Made by a program: the position numbers and the translations under genes. Under the pieces are notes generated by a model that searched no databases, had not been told where the DNA came from, and was given only the letters and a program-made list of their open reading frames with translations. A DNA stretch of 59,994 nt. Source: a virus. This document shows, piece by piece, positions 1 to 9,673 of the stretch (position 1 is its first letter; each line of letters starts with the position of its first letter). Location: the IMG/VR virus record IMGVR_UViG_3300009514_000004, positions 78,387 to 138,380 of that record; one strand, written 5' to 3'.

Positions 1-701
1 TCCGCCGGGAGTTCGAGCTGGAGCTGGCGCGCCGTCACATCAACTGGTCCCACCGGGGCTGCCCCACCAAGCCCGACATGCTCCAGCTGTGCGAGACCAA
101 CGTGCTGGGTTACCTCCACACGATGAAGCACAACCGCCTCCTCGGCCCCTACGCTAAGACCGAGGTGGAGATCCTCGCCTACGCCAACCCGGAGACCCCC
201 ATCGGCGTCCGGGTCGACATCATCATTCGGCGGTCCGACACCGGCATCACGCTCCTGGATGGGAAGAACTCCAAGCGGTACAAGGACCGCAAGGGCAACC
301 CGCTCTTCTATGTCGACCCCGACCAGCTCCGGTGGTCGGCCATGGCCTTCTATCTCAAGCACGGCCGGATGCCTGACCGCTTGGGGTTCGTCTACTTCCG
401 CTACCCCTGGGGGTTCGTCCACGAGGGCGAAACCGAGCCTGTGACCGGTGTGGAATGGGTCCCTTTCACGATGGAGGACCTTGCGGGACTCGGTCATCGA
501 GCTATCAAGGCCCGGGCTCAGATGGAGCGTGAAGAGTTCCCGGCTCAGCCCGTGCCCAAGATGTGCAAGTTCTGCGACTTCCAGTCGATCTGCCCGGAAC
601 GCCAGGCTCAGATCGAGAAGAACCGACGCCGGCCCAAGAACAAAGACGATTTCTGGGATGGGCTTGACGCGGAACCGGGTCTGATCGAGATCTCACTCTG
701 A
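1..701 (+). CDS. PD-(D/E)xK exonuclease, RecB/Cas4/AddB-like (5' truncated by window)
   Basis: Frame open from base 3; G-x-x-D...LLDGK nuclease motif, QL-x-W motif, C-terminal CKFCDFQSIC cysteine cluster typical of Cas4/AddB-like nucleases. Confidence 0.8.
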   Translation, partial: RREFELELARRHINWSHRGCPTKPDMLQLCETNVLGYLHTMKHNRLLGPYAKTEVEILAYANPETPIGVRVDIIIRRSDTGITLLDGKNSKRYKDRKGNPLFYVDPDQLRWSAMAFYLKHGRMPDRLGFVYFRYPWGFVHEGETEPVTGVEWVPFTMEDLAGLGHRAIKARAQMEREEFPAQPVPKMCKFCDFQSICPERQAQIEKNRRRPKNKDDFWDGLDAEPGLIEISL

Positions 702-733
702 TCGACATGGCGTAGAAGGGGGTGGAGGTACCC

Positions 734-1012
734 ATGAGCGATGACCTGAAGCAGACCCTCGAGACGGCTATTCGTCGTCGGGATGAGCTGAGCGGGAAAG
801 TGCAACGGGTCAAAGGTCGCCTGGAGAGCGCCCAGTCATCCCTCAAGGACGTGGTCGCCGAGTGCAAGGGCCGCGACATCGACCCGAAGAAGCTGGGCGC
901 CACGGTCAAAGCCGTCAGGAAGAAGCTGACCGACTCCATCAAAACCGTCAACGACAAGATCGACGCCGCTGAGAAGCAGCTGGCGCCGTTTCTGAAGGAG
1001 GAGGCCGAGTGA
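734..1012 (+). CDS. small coiled-coil hypothetical protein
   Basis: GGAGG RBS at 724-728, heptad-like helical sequence, 4-bp overlap with next gene. Confidence 0.7.
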   Translation: MSDDLKQTLETAIRRRDELSGKVQRVKGRLESAQSSLKDVVAECKGRDIDPKKLGATVKAVRKKLTDSIKTVNDKIDAAEKQLAPFLKEEAE

Positions 1013-2154
1013 AGGTGGTCGTCGCGAAAAACGATCTGAACGCCGCGCTACAGATCGTCTCGACAAGCATCGCGTCCAAGGGGATGGAGATCGAGTCCCA
1101 CTACGTGTTCCGTGCGGTGGAGGACGGCCACGTGGAAGTCCTCACGACGAGTGGTCGGGTGTTCTCGAGCGCGAAGTTTGTCGCCAAGGTCGAGGACGCC
1201 GACACGTACAAGGCTTTCACCATCGAGGGGTGGCGGCTCAAGAAGTGGTTGGGGTCGGTCGGCGACGTGGCCTTGAGTTTCACGTTCGACGGCACCCTGG
1301 TGACCGCGGCCGAGCCCAAGGGGACCAACGAGTTCCAGAGCCTCGACCCGGGGCTTTTCCCCTACTGGGATAACCACCTCCAGGAGGCGAAGTCGATCGC
1401 GACGGTGAAGGCCTATCGGCTCCACAACGTCTTCTCCTACCTTAAGCAGTTCATGAACAGCGATGAGGGCGGCAACCCCGGCCTGTGTGTCACCGAGGTT
1501 CGGAACGGGCTGTTCTACGCGGCCACGGACACCTCAATCACGACCGTCGCGGTAGAGCCATTCAAAGACTCCACCCTGCGGGTGCACGGCAAAGACATCC
1601 CGACCCTCCAGAAGTTCCTCGCCCAGGCGGGAGATGAGGATGTCGAGGTCCTCGAGTACGACCAGGGCGTCTTCTTCCGCCGCGCCTCCGGGCCGGTGTT
1701 TGGTGAGGCTCGGTACCGCTCCCCGTTCCCCAACGTGCGGCCACCCAAGAGCGACGACGCGGACCCGCACTGGTGGACGGTCTCGTGCGCCGAGATGGAC
1801 ACCAGCCTCAAGGCGGTCGAGGCGTCCGCGGCTCGCGAGGATAACCGGGTCTGGCTCAGGCCGCTCAACGGCAAGGTTCAGATCTCGATGCTGAGCCCCA
1901 ACGGCCGTCATCAGAAGCGGGTGTTGGAATGCTCAGACTCGGGGACGACCGACGGCGCCCTGCCGATCCCGACCGATGGGTTCGCGATCGACCAGGTCAC
2001 AATCGACCGGGTGCTGTCGCACTACGAAGGGGACGCGATCCGGCTGGGTATCACCACCAAGAGCGAGGCACCTCAGACAGGGTTCGTCAAGGTGACCGAG
2101 AAGCGCGGGGAGGACCAGTTCCTCACGTGCGCCGCTTGGCTGATGGGGTACTAG
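1009..2154 (+). CDS. dnaN: DNA polymerase III beta sliding clamp-like protein
   Basis: 381 aa, N-terminus MKVVVAKNDLNAALQIVS resembles DnaN, ATD motif and FPNV motif, replication context. Confidence 0.7.
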   Translation: MKVVVAKNDLNAALQIVSTSIASKGMEIESHYVFRAVEDGHVEVLTTSGRVFSSAKFVAKVEDADTYKAFTIEGWRLKKWLGSVGDVALSFTFDGTLVTAAEPKGTNEFQSLDPGLFPYWDNHLQEAKSIATVKAYRLHNVFSYLKQFMNSDEGGNPGLCVTEVRNGLFYAATDTSITTVAVEPFKDSTLRVHGKDIPTLQKFLAQAGDEDVEVLEYDQGVFFRRASGPVFGEARYRSPFPNVRPPKSDDADPHWWTVSCAEMDTSLKAVEASAAREDNRVWLRPLNGKVQISMLSPNGRHQKRVLECSDSGTTDGALPIPTDGFAIDQVTIDRVLSHYEGDAIRLGITTKSEAPQTGFVKVTEKRGEDQFLTCAAWLMGY

Positions 2155-2177
2155 ACAGGGTGCCCGGACTTCCCTCC

Positions 2178-2807
2178 ATGGTAGCCCTCCGATCCCAAGC
2201 CGATCGGGCGAAGGCCTTCCGGGACGCCGTGACAGGTCAACTCACGTCGGTCAACACGGAGATACAGCAGCTGGAGAACGAGGAGGCCTTGTTGGTCCTG
2301 GTCTCTGAGCTGTTCCGCCAGCTGATCGACGCCGAGATCACCTCGGGTGTACAGGCGGTCGAGAAGCTCCAGACCGAAGGCCTCCAGGCTGTATTCCCCG
2401 ACATGGACCTGGTCGTCACTGCGCAGATCGAGGTCCTCCGGGGTAAGGTCTCGGTCTCTCTGCTCACCACACAGAAGCTCGACGACGGAACCGTGGTCGA
2501 GGGGTTGAGCAACGACGCTTTCGGAGGTGCCTTGAGTACCGTTCAATCGGTCCTCATGCGAGTCATCGTGGTGCTTCGGCGCCGGATGCGCCCGCTCCTG
2601 GTGATGGATGAGTCTTTGCCGGCCTTCGACTCCAACTACGTTCACACGATGGGTCAGTTCCTTTCTCAGCTCTGTTCGCGTATGGGGGTGGATATCCTGT
2701 TGGTGACTCACAACCCTGCCCTGGTCGAGGCAGCCGACCGCGCATTCAAGATTGTGCGCAAGAACGGCACCGTCGCCTTCCAGAGGCTCCCGATCAGCCT
2801 GCACTAG
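2178..2807 (+). CDS. Rad50/SbcC-type ABC ATPase, C-terminal half only
   Basis: Coiled coil followed by signature-like FGG, Walker B LLVMDE, H-loop LLVTH; no Walker A; start codon uncertain. Confidence 0.75.
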   Translation: MVALRSQADRAKAFRDAVTGQLTSVNTEIQQLENEEALLVLVSELFRQLIDAEITSGVQAVEKLQTEGLQAVFPDMDLVVTAQIEVLRGKVSVSLLTTQKLDDGTVVEGLSNDAFGGALSTVQSVLMRVIVVLRRRMRPLLVMDESLPAFDSNYVHTMGQFLSQLCSRMGVDILLVTHNPALVEAADRAFKIVRKNGTVAFQRLPISLH

Positions 2808-2817
2808 CGAGGTCCAC

Positions 2818-3360
2818 ATGCAGACCGAAGGCAAGATCAGACAGCAGCTCAAGCAGGTCCAGTTCCGGGCCCGCAAGAGGCTGCTCAAACAACGTCTGCG
2901 GGTTGTGCCGTGCAACTGCGTCCACAACCGGACGCTCCAGTTACCCAACGGCCACACCGACGAAGCCGTCAGCTTCTGCGGCCTGTACGCCGAGGACAAC
3001 AAGGGAGAGGACTGGCAGGGGCTGACCTGTGATGAGCGCTACGGTGGGGTCGAGCTGGCCCGGGACTGCCCTTCGTTCGAGCTGCGCCAGAACAAAGCCG
3101 AGGTCAAGGCGGAGTTCAACAGGCTCCTCCGTGGCGACCGAGGGGTGCTGGCGTCTCAGCATCCCGACATCGCCGCGTTGGCGTGGGTCCTCGACAGCAA
3201 AGACATCCTCGTCGACGAGGATGCCGACGAGGATGTCGACGAGGAGATCGACGAGGAGCCCGTCACCCTCCAACCAGCCCCCGACCCTGACGACTCCGGT
3301 CACACCCCGCTGGACGAGCCCAGGAGGCCTCTGTGGCGTCGCTTCTTCCGAATGCCGTGA
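2818..3360 (+). CDS. hypothetical Cys-containing protein with acidic tail
   Basis: GAGG RBS, NCVHN/FCG/TCD/DCP cysteines, typical codon bias. Confidence 0.7.
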   Translation: MQTEGKIRQQLKQVQFRARKRLLKQRLRVVPCNCVHNRTLQLPNGHTDEAVSFCGLYAEDNKGEDWQGLTCDERYGGVELARDCPSFELRQNKAEVKAEFNRLLRGDRGVLASQHPDIAALAWVLDSKDILVDEDADEDVDEEIDEEPVTLQPAPDPDDSGHTPLDEPRRPLWRRFFRMP

Positions 3361-3902
3361 GCGATCTCCTGCAAGTCAGCCCTGTACCGGCCCGGAGAGG
3401 GGCGACCCCCCTGTTCATCGAGTCCAAGGTCAACCCCGAGTCCGCCCCTTTCTTGGTCTCCTCCAGGAAGGCAATGCTCTGGGTCCAGCGGTCCTCCATG
3501 GCCGGGTTCGTTCGAGCCGCTGTGCGGACGGGCGTCGAGGACAACGGGGAGATGTACCTCGAGGTGGTACGCGCGATCGCCCAGATGGGCTCCGAGGCCG
3601 AGTGGGGCAACGTCCAACCATGGACTGAGGAGGGCCTTCAGGAGGCCCTCAGCTACCTGGCCTATTTCGGGTTCACCGAGGTCGAGCTGCTCATCCCGAA
3701 CACCAAAGAAGCCGCCAAGTTCGTCTCGACCCAAACCGAGTGTGAAATCACTGTCGCCGACTGGCTCGAGCCCGGGATGGTGGTCGCGATACCCAAGGAC
3801 CGGTCCTTCGTGGGCAGCCTCGGCCGCATCGACGAAGACTCCGTTGTCGTGGTGGTGCACAACCCCAGTCGTGGTGTCACGGTGGTACGGCGTGAGGAAT
3901 GA
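3357..3902 (+). CDS. hypothetical protein
   Basis: GTGA overlap with previous stop and ATGA overlap with next gene. Confidence 0.65.
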   Translation: MSDLLQVSPVPARRGATPLFIESKVNPESAPFLVSSRKAMLWVQRSSMAGFVRAAVRTGVEDNGEMYLEVVRAIAQMGSEAEWGNVQPWTEEGLQEALSYLAYFGFTEVELLIPNTKEAAKFVSTQTECEITVADWLEPGMVVAIPKDRSFVGSLGRIDEDSVVVVVHNPSRGVTVVRREE

Positions 3903-4618
3903 CGTGGCTGGCTGACCACCTGTTCGCGTGCTCTCTGGACGAGGAGTGCGAAGACTACGCCCTGGGCCGCGGCGCCCTACCCAAAAGCATCGTCGAGATG
4001 GGGCTCACGACTTGGGAGCCGTTGTCCGAGCCATCTCCCGATGCCAAGTTCGGGGAGCTGTACGGCAAGTACGGCGAGAAGATCGAGGGTGCCCTCATCT
4101 GCCCGCTGACCAACCCCAGAGGAGACCTTCTCGGGTTCGAGGCGCGCAGCATCCTCGGCAAGCGCATCAGCCAGTTCAAGGTGTTCCCCAAGGCCGCCTG
4201 GAACCCCGTCTGGATCGGGTGCCGGCGTGCCATGGCGCGCATCTATGGGGGAGGCGACATCTGGGTGGTCGAGGGGCAGTTCGACCTGTACCCGCTCGAG
4301 TGGGTCATTCCCGAGACCGATGTGGTTTTGGCGTCCTTGCGCGCCCAGCTCACCCGCGCCCAGGTGGAGTTCTTGCGGCGGGTGTCTGGGTTCGGGGGCA
4401 CGGTTCACATGGTCTACGACCGTGACGAGACCGGCAAGAAGGGTGTCCACGGCTGGGTGGACGACCAAGGAAAGCGCCACTGGGGCGCGTTGGAGCAACT
4501 CCGCTATGTGGGGGTACCGTGTGACGACGTCCCCTACAGAGGCGGAGAGGACCTCGGTGAGGTCTGGGACTCGGGAGGGGTCGAGGCGATGCGCCGGGCG
4601 TTTCCCACACTGATGTAG
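3899..4618 (+). CDS. DnaG-type DNA primase catalytic (TOPRIM) domain, no Zn-binding domain
   Basis: GFEAR motif, WVVEGQFD and YDRDETG (DxD) TOPRIM motifs. Confidence 0.8.
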   Translation: MTWLADHLFACSLDEECEDYALGRGALPKSIVEMGLTTWEPLSEPSPDAKFGELYGKYGEKIEGALICPLTNPRGDLLGFEARSILGKRISQFKVFPKAAWNPVWIGCRRAMARIYGGGDIWVVEGQFDLYPLEWVIPETDVVLASLRAQLTRAQVEFLRRVSGFGGTVHMVYDRDETGKKGVHGWVDDQGKRHWGALEQLRYVGVPCDDVPYRGGEDLGEVWDSGGVEAMRRAFPTLM

Positions 4619-4628
4619 GAGGTACGAG

Positions 4629-5078
4629 ATGGATATCTGGAAGGCCGGTGAGGAGGTCTACGACCTCATGCGCGACCTGGTCGCTCAACACCACCCCCAC
4701 CTGGCTCTGGTGGAGCGAGAAATCGTCATACTCATGCGTGAGAAGGCGTCCAAGAGCGGCGGCGTGACGACCATGGGCAAGTCCAGCAAGACCCCTGACT
4801 GGGTCTCTCAGCTGGGGGTCGACAACTGGAAGTTCAAGGTCGAGATCGGCTCCGACGTCTGGAAAGACCTGCCGCCGCACGAGAAACGGGCCCTCATGGA
4901 CCATCACCTGTGCGCGATGGGGGTCGAGGAGAAGAAGGACGGCTCGCTGAAGTGCTTCATCAAGCCGCCGGATTTCGTCGCCTACGAGGAGGAGATCGAG
5001 CGGCACGGGGTCTGGCGCATGTCCGGGGAGTCTGTCGATCGACCCCTGGTGGAGAAGCTGTTCGGGTCCAAGAACTAG
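4629..5078 (+). CDS. putative phage metallopeptidase-family protein (degenerate HExxH)
   Basis: ALMDHHLC...PPD..F.EEIERHGVW pattern of phage metallopeptidase family; GGAGG RBS. Confidence 0.6.
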   Translation: MDIWKAGEEVYDLMRDLVAQHHPHLALVEREIVILMREKASKSGGVTTMGKSSKTPDWVSQLGVDNWKFKVEIGSDVWKDLPPHEKRALMDHHLCAMGVEEKKDGSLKCFIKPPDFVAYEEEIERHGVWRMSGESVDRPLVEKLFGSKN

Positions 5079-5111
5079 GGCTGCCGCGGGCACTGATGGG
5101 GTAAGTCCAGT

Positions 5112-6578
5112 ATGGGTCTGGATGTGAAATACAGACCTCGTCGTTACGGCGAGGTTCTGGGCCAGGAGGACACCGTCCGGATCCTCCGGAGTTTCGTGTC
5201 CAAGGGTATTGGGTTTCACCAGTCGTACCTGTTCCACGGCCCGTACGGCAGCGGCAAGACCACCCTCGGACGGATCCTGGCGCGCACCCTCTTGTGCGCC
5301 GATCCCGTCGAGGGTGAGCCCTGCGACAAGTGCCCCTCGTGCACGTCCATGCTCGACGGTGGTGTGGCCGAGGGATACGTCGAGGTCGACGCGGCAACCA
5401 ACTCCGGCAAGGACCACGTCCGCAAGGTCGTCGAGACCATCCAGTATTCGACCTTCTCGGGGTCCCGTCGCATCTACCTGTTCGATGAGGCCCACCAGCT
5501 CTCCAAGGACGCCCTAGACGCGCTCCTCAAGCCGCTCGAGGACGAGGAGGTGGGGAGCGAGAACAAGCGCTTGGTCTGCATCTTCTGCACGACTGAGCCT
5601 GAGAAGGTCCGCGAGACTATCTGGAGTCGGTCGGCGGCCTTCCGTGTTCGGGCGGCCGACCCCGAGGTCATCGCCGCCCGCCTGGCCTACATCTGCGACC
5701 AGGAGGCGATCGAGTACGAGCCCACGCTGCTTCAGTACATCGCCGAGGCCACCGAGTGCCACGTCCGGGACGCCATCAAGGCTGTAGAGGGGATCTCCCA
5801 GCTGGGGGCCGTCGACCAGGCCAACGTGACGACGTTCCTGCAACTGGACCTGAATCCGATGTACCTGAAGGTCCTGGCCCACATCGGTCAGGACCTCCCC
5901 GAGGCGTTGTCGACGGCCGACGCCATCCTGGCTCGTGTCTCGCCGCTGACCATGTATCGACAGTTGAGCGCGGTGGCCTTGATGACTTTCCGGCTATCGC
6001 TGGGCATCACCAAGCTCGACCAGTTCTGGGACCGTGACGCCGTCAAAGCGTTGGCCGACCAGCACGGGCAGTTCCTGATCACCATCGCCCGGACGTTCGC
6101 GGAACAGCCTGGGCGACCCACAGGGGCGATGCTTCAATGCGACCTGGCCCAGCTCCACTACGGTCCTGGAAGTATGCCCGCCCGCCCTCTATCAGTGCCG
6201 GCGCCGGCGGCGTCGGCCCCGCCTCCCACCCCGCCTCCCACGCCTGAGTCTGAAACCGTCCCCACGCCTGAGCCTGAACCAACCCCTGCCTCGGCATCCC
6301 CGACAACGCAATCGCGTTCGACCACCAAGAGTGTCAAGCCCACCCCGGACCTCGGTACAGTCGACGAGACTCCGCGCTTGCTAAATGGGGGCGTGTACAC
6401 CGACATTAGGCTCATCCGGAAAAGGCAACGCAACAACAACGGCGAGGGGCCTGGGTCCACCCCCGACGAGCTAAACGACGCCGAGTTCTGCCGACTCTTG
6501 AGGATGACCATCTCGAAACAAGACGAGGCGAAACAGAGGCGTGGACCAGCGGGACGAGGGAACCTGGATCGCGGTTGA
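5112..6578 (+). CDS. dnaX: DNA polymerase III gamma/tau clamp loader
   Basis: KYRP..EVLGQ, Walker A GPYGSGKTT, PCDKCPSC zinc site, EVDAA, Walker B FDEAH, Pro-rich linker. Confidence 0.92.
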   Translation: MGLDVKYRPRRYGEVLGQEDTVRILRSFVSKGIGFHQSYLFHGPYGSGKTTLGRILARTLLCADPVEGEPCDKCPSCTSMLDGGVAEGYVEVDAATNSGKDHVRKVVETIQYSTFSGSRRIYLFDEAHQLSKDALDALLKPLEDEEVGSENKRLVCIFCTTEPEKVRETIWSRSAAFRVRAADPEVIAARLAYICDQEAIEYEPTLLQYIAEATECHVRDAIKAVEGISQLGAVDQANVTTFLQLDLNPMYLKVLAHIGQDLPEALSTADAILARVSPLTMYRQLSAVALMTFRLSLGITKLDQFWDRDAVKALADQHGQFLITIARTFAEQPGRPTGAMLQCDLAQLHYGPGSMPARPLSVPAPAASAPPPTPPPTPESETVPTPEPEPTPASASPTTQSRSTTKSVKPTPDLGTVDETPRLLNGGVYTDIRLIRKRQRNNNGEGPGSTPDELNDAEFCRLLRMTISKQDEAKQRRGPAGRGNLDRG

Positions 6579-7470
6579 GCTGTCGAAGCAGGGCGAGCTG
6601 AAGGTCGAAGACCGCACGCTCGAGGCTTCGTTGCGCACCGATCTGGAAGTGGACGGTGCGTTCGAGATTTTCATCCCGGCGACGACCTACGTCCGTGATG
6701 GTAGGTCGGTGACCATCCACTTGATCGAGGGGTACGTGTTTCTGCGGTCGGGGCTCCCCGAGGTGCGCTACTTCGGCCTCGAGAATTTCCCCTACGTCAA
6801 CCAGGTGATGTCGACGAAGTCCGGTCCCCACGGGATGCGGGTTCTCAGCACTATCCCGGACGTACAGATACAGACGATGCGCACCCGCCTGCGCGAGCAG
6901 GTCGTTGCGGACATCCCTCCAGGAACACGGGTCGAGGTCGTAGAAGGGACCTACAGGCACCTCGAGGGCGAGGTGCTGTTCTCCGAACACGACATGGCGA
7001 CGGTCCTGATCACGCTTCGTTCCCTCGAGCTGATCGTGAACATCCCGCTGGTGTTTCTGGAGGCGATCGAGGCCCCCAAAGAGTCGGAAGAGCCCTCGGC
7101 AGAGGCCGAGGACGTACCCCAGGAGCAGGCACCCCAGCCCGGCAAAAGGCTCACAGCGCGAGACTTTTACGAGGAGATCGTCCTGGTGCTCGGGCGCCTC
7201 ACCAAGTATCAGGCAGGGGCCTTCGTCCACATGGAGGAGGTCATGCCCCTGGTGCTTCGGCAGAAGGGCATGGACCCCAAAAACCTACCCGACGGGTGGG
7301 AGCTTCGAGGGGTGGGGGGTATTTACCGCCGCGTAGGGTATGCTTTCCGGAACCAGCGGCAGGAATACTGTACAAATCCGAAGACGCTCCAGGGCGTCAG
7401 ACGCGGGATGTGGGGTCTCACCGAAGAGGGGGTGGCGCTCGCATTGAGGTTGAAAGCGGGCGAGCGATGA
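6541..7470 (+). CDS. NusG-like transcription factor (NGN+KOW) with extra C-terminal winged-helix (Mrr-N-like) domain
   Basis: IFIP...LIEGYVF NGN motif, GTRVEVVEGTYRHLEGEV KOW motif, C-terminal RRGMWGLTEEG. Confidence 0.75.
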   Translation: MDQRDEGTWIAVELSKQGELKVEDRTLEASLRTDLEVDGAFEIFIPATTYVRDGRSVTIHLIEGYVFLRSGLPEVRYFGLENFPYVNQVMSTKSGPHGMRVLSTIPDVQIQTMRTRLREQVVADIPPGTRVEVVEGTYRHLEGEVLFSEHDMATVLITLRSLELIVNIPLVFLEAIEAPKESEEPSAEAEDVPQEQAPQPGKRLTARDFYEEIVLVLGRLTKYQAGAFVHMEEVMPLVLRQKGMDPKNLPDGWELRGVGGIYRRVGYAFRNQRQEYCTNPKTLQGVRRGMWGLTEEGVALALRLKAGER

Positions 7471-7545
7471 AATAAGTTCCAGACCCGTGGTACTGTAGTT
7501 GTGTTAGCTACTCGAGCTGTTTCTCCGGAGAAGAGCAGGGTACAC

Positions 7546-8154
7546 GTGACAATTTCGTGGTCCGGTCATCGCATGACCGATCCAACGGAGATGGCATCGA
7601 GGTTCGCCGTCGAGGACGGCATGGCTTTCCTCGACTCGATATTCGAGGAGCCCTCCGAAGCGGCGAAAGAGAAGATCGAGCAGGTACGACACCTCATGGA
7701 GTCCCTCCCACCGTGCGAGGCCGACTTCGTGAACCTGTACTATTTCCGGGGGCTCAAACAGACCGAGATCGCGGCGATTTTCCGGTGCTCCCAACCGACG
7801 GTCTGCTACCGGCTCCAGCGAGCCACCGCCCGCATCCAGTACCTCATGGACCTGCCGGACGTGGATCCGAGAGACCTCGAGCGGGCGATGCGTCGGTTCC
7901 TGGACGACCCGCTCGACGCTGAGATCATGATCCGGATGAACGACACGACGTGTCAGTCCGAGGTCGCCAAGGCGCTCGGCGTCAGTCAGGGTCTGGTCCG
8001 ACACCGGTTCATCCGATCGCTGAAGCGGATGCAAGAAGTCCCGGCGCTCCAGCTGTTCGTCGATCTCTTCGAGTACATCGCCCAGAACCTTCCTCTCCTC
8101 CGGGAAGTCCAACGCACCAAGCGGAGGGAGAGCGTCACGTACGTCGTGGCGTAA
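7546..8154 (+). CDS. sigma-70 region-4-like protein with two HTH motifs (candidate late activator/sigma)
   Basis: LYYFRGLKQTEIAAIFRCSQPTVCYRL and CQSEVAKALGVSQGLVRHR; start codon uncertain (7501/7546/7573). Confidence 0.7.
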   Translation: MTISWSGHRMTDPTEMASRFAVEDGMAFLDSIFEEPSEAAKEKIEQVRHLMESLPPCEADFVNLYYFRGLKQTEIAAIFRCSQPTVCYRLQRATARIQYLMDLPDVDPRDLERAMRRFLDDPLDAEIMIRMNDTTCQSEVAKALGVSQGLVRHRFIRSLKRMQEVPALQLFVDLFEYIAQNLPLLREVQRTKRRESVTYVVA

Positions 8155-8157
8155 CTC

Positions 8158-8187
8158 GGTTTTTCCTCTATCCAGCGCGCGAAGTAG
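8158..8187 (+). promoter_or_regulatory. putative late promoter (RRT-N7-CTAT-N13-TAG)
   Basis: GGT-ttttcct-CTAT-N13-TAG; same spaced motif recurs at about ten late-gene starts. Confidence 0.65.
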
Positions 8188-8208
8188 GACGACCTGCGAG
8201 CTGGAGAC

Positions 8209-8520
8209 ATGCCTAGAGCATCTGAGAAACGCGTGGTGATGGCGAAGGAAGTCGCCCGACGGTGGCTGAGTCGCCTGGCGAGAGAGGAGCACCGTCTTCG
8301 CATCCTCTACGGCGCCGCGCGGGAGACCCGTAACCTGCCGAACTTGTTACGGTCTTTCCGAGACCGCAAGGCCACGTTCCCGGGCATCGATCCGATCAGG
8401 GACCTGGGCATCCTGGAAGGCTTCGATTTCGTCGAGGTCTGGTCCAAGGACCGCGTCGGGCTGGAGAAGCTCCGGGACTGGTTCGAGGGTCGCGGGCACG
8501 AAACCTCGGGCATCTGGTAG
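8209..8520 (+). CDS. hypothetical late protein with KEVARRWL tag
   Basis: GGAG RBS, follows late promoter motif. Confidence 0.7.
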   Translation: MPRASEKRVVMAKEVARRWLSRLAREEHRLRILYGAARETRNLPNLLRSFRDRKATFPGIDPIRDLGILEGFDFVEVWSKDRVGLEKLRDWFEGRGHETSGIW

Positions 8521-8525
8521 GTCAC

Positions 8526-9212
8526 GTGGCAGCGACGCGAGTCATCTCAGAGTTCACGTTCCGGTCCACCTCGGGTGGGGCGGATTACTTTTGGGAGGTC
8601 GTGCAGGACGAGCAGGGACTCATCCAGGTGCGTCACATCCGCGCGCCGACAGGCCTGATTCGAGACACGGTCACGGGGCTCCCCCAGACGGTCGTCGACG
8701 ACATCGACGAGTCGGTCCGATTGGTGCAAGCCCTGGTGTCGGAGACGACGGCTGCCTCGGGAACCCTGACCTTCACCGGGGAGACCTTCCAGGACGCGGT
8801 TATCGCCGGCGGGGTGCTCAACAACACCGAGTATCGGGTGATCTACTCGAGTCCCGACAACGTCCTGTTCACGACAACCAACAAGACGACCACAGGGTTC
8901 AGGGCCGAGACCTCGACCGCATACGGATCTCCGTCCGACCCCAAGGACGTCGACTACACGGTGTTGGTCGCGACCGCCCAGGCCAGCACGTTTTCCGGCA
9001 CGGTCACGTTCACGGATGCCGAGACGACCGGCCAGATCGCAGTCGCGTTCGGGACGGCTTTCGCCACCGCCTCTTACCGTGTCCACCTGACGCCCGACGA
9101 CTTCGTGCTGGCCCGCGTGATCGACAAAACGACCACTGGGTTCACGATCGAGCTGGGCGTCACCATGGACACCGGTCAAACCCTCGACGTCGGCTACGAC
9201 GTTTTCGTGTGA
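8526..9212 (+). CDS. virion structural protein with two copies of a small beta-sandwich module
   Basis: Repeated Y.V.....K.TTGF......DV.Y module, Thr-rich. Confidence 0.6.
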   Translation: MAATRVISEFTFRSTSGGADYFWEVVQDEQGLIQVRHIRAPTGLIRDTVTGLPQTVVDDIDESVRLVQALVSETTAASGTLTFTGETFQDAVIAGGVLNNTEYRVIYSSPDNVLFTTTNKTTTGFRAETSTAYGSPSDPKDVDYTVLVATAQASTFSGTVTFTDAETTGQIAVAFGTAFATASYRVHLTPDDFVLARVIDKTTTGFTIELGVTMDTGQTLDVGYDVFV

Positions 9213-9222
9213 GGACCTGACC

Positions 9223-9663
9223 ATGAGCAGCCTTCGAGACGAGCTAATCCGCCTGGCCCATCGTGAGCCCGAGCTACGGGCCCCCATCGTCGCATTCCTG
9301 CGTACGGCCTCCAAGAAGCTGGACCTGGCGTCGAAGGGGGACGCCATCCGGAAACGCGTTCGCGAGGCCGAGAGGAAAGCGTGGGAGGACGGACTCAAGA
9401 ATATCAAGCGGGACCTCGTTTCAGCGTTCAAGTCCTGGGGCTACAAAGTCGACGAGAAGGCGACCTTCTTGAGCCCCGACAGGGACGGTGGTCTGGAGGG
9501 CTCGGTCGCGTTCTCCGATGAAAAAGCCACAACCCCCGGTACCGTCATCCGAGGCCGACTCCAGGTAGACCGGGAGGTCCGGGAGATCCTCGGGCGTGGC
9601 GTGGGGGGATCTCTCAACCGGGACGCCCGGAGCAACTGGGTCTTCACTGTCGACTGGGCGTGA
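9223..9663 (+). CDS. putative capsid-internal protein with shared N-terminal leader
   Basis: MSSLRDELIRLAHREPELRAPIVAFLRTA leader; GAGG RBS. Confidence 0.7.
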   Translation: MSSLRDELIRLAHREPELRAPIVAFLRTASKKLDLASKGDAIRKRVREAERKAWEDGLKNIKRDLVSAFKSWGYKVDEKATFLSPDRDGGLEGSVAFSDEKATTPGTVIRGRLQVDREVREILGRGVGGSLNRDARSNWVFTVDWA

Positions 9664-9673
9664 GGGGTAGCTG

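Noticed and set aside
1-701. CRISPR-Cas system suggested by the Cas4-like nuclease
   Set aside because: No repeat-spacer array or other cas genes seen; context is replication/recombination
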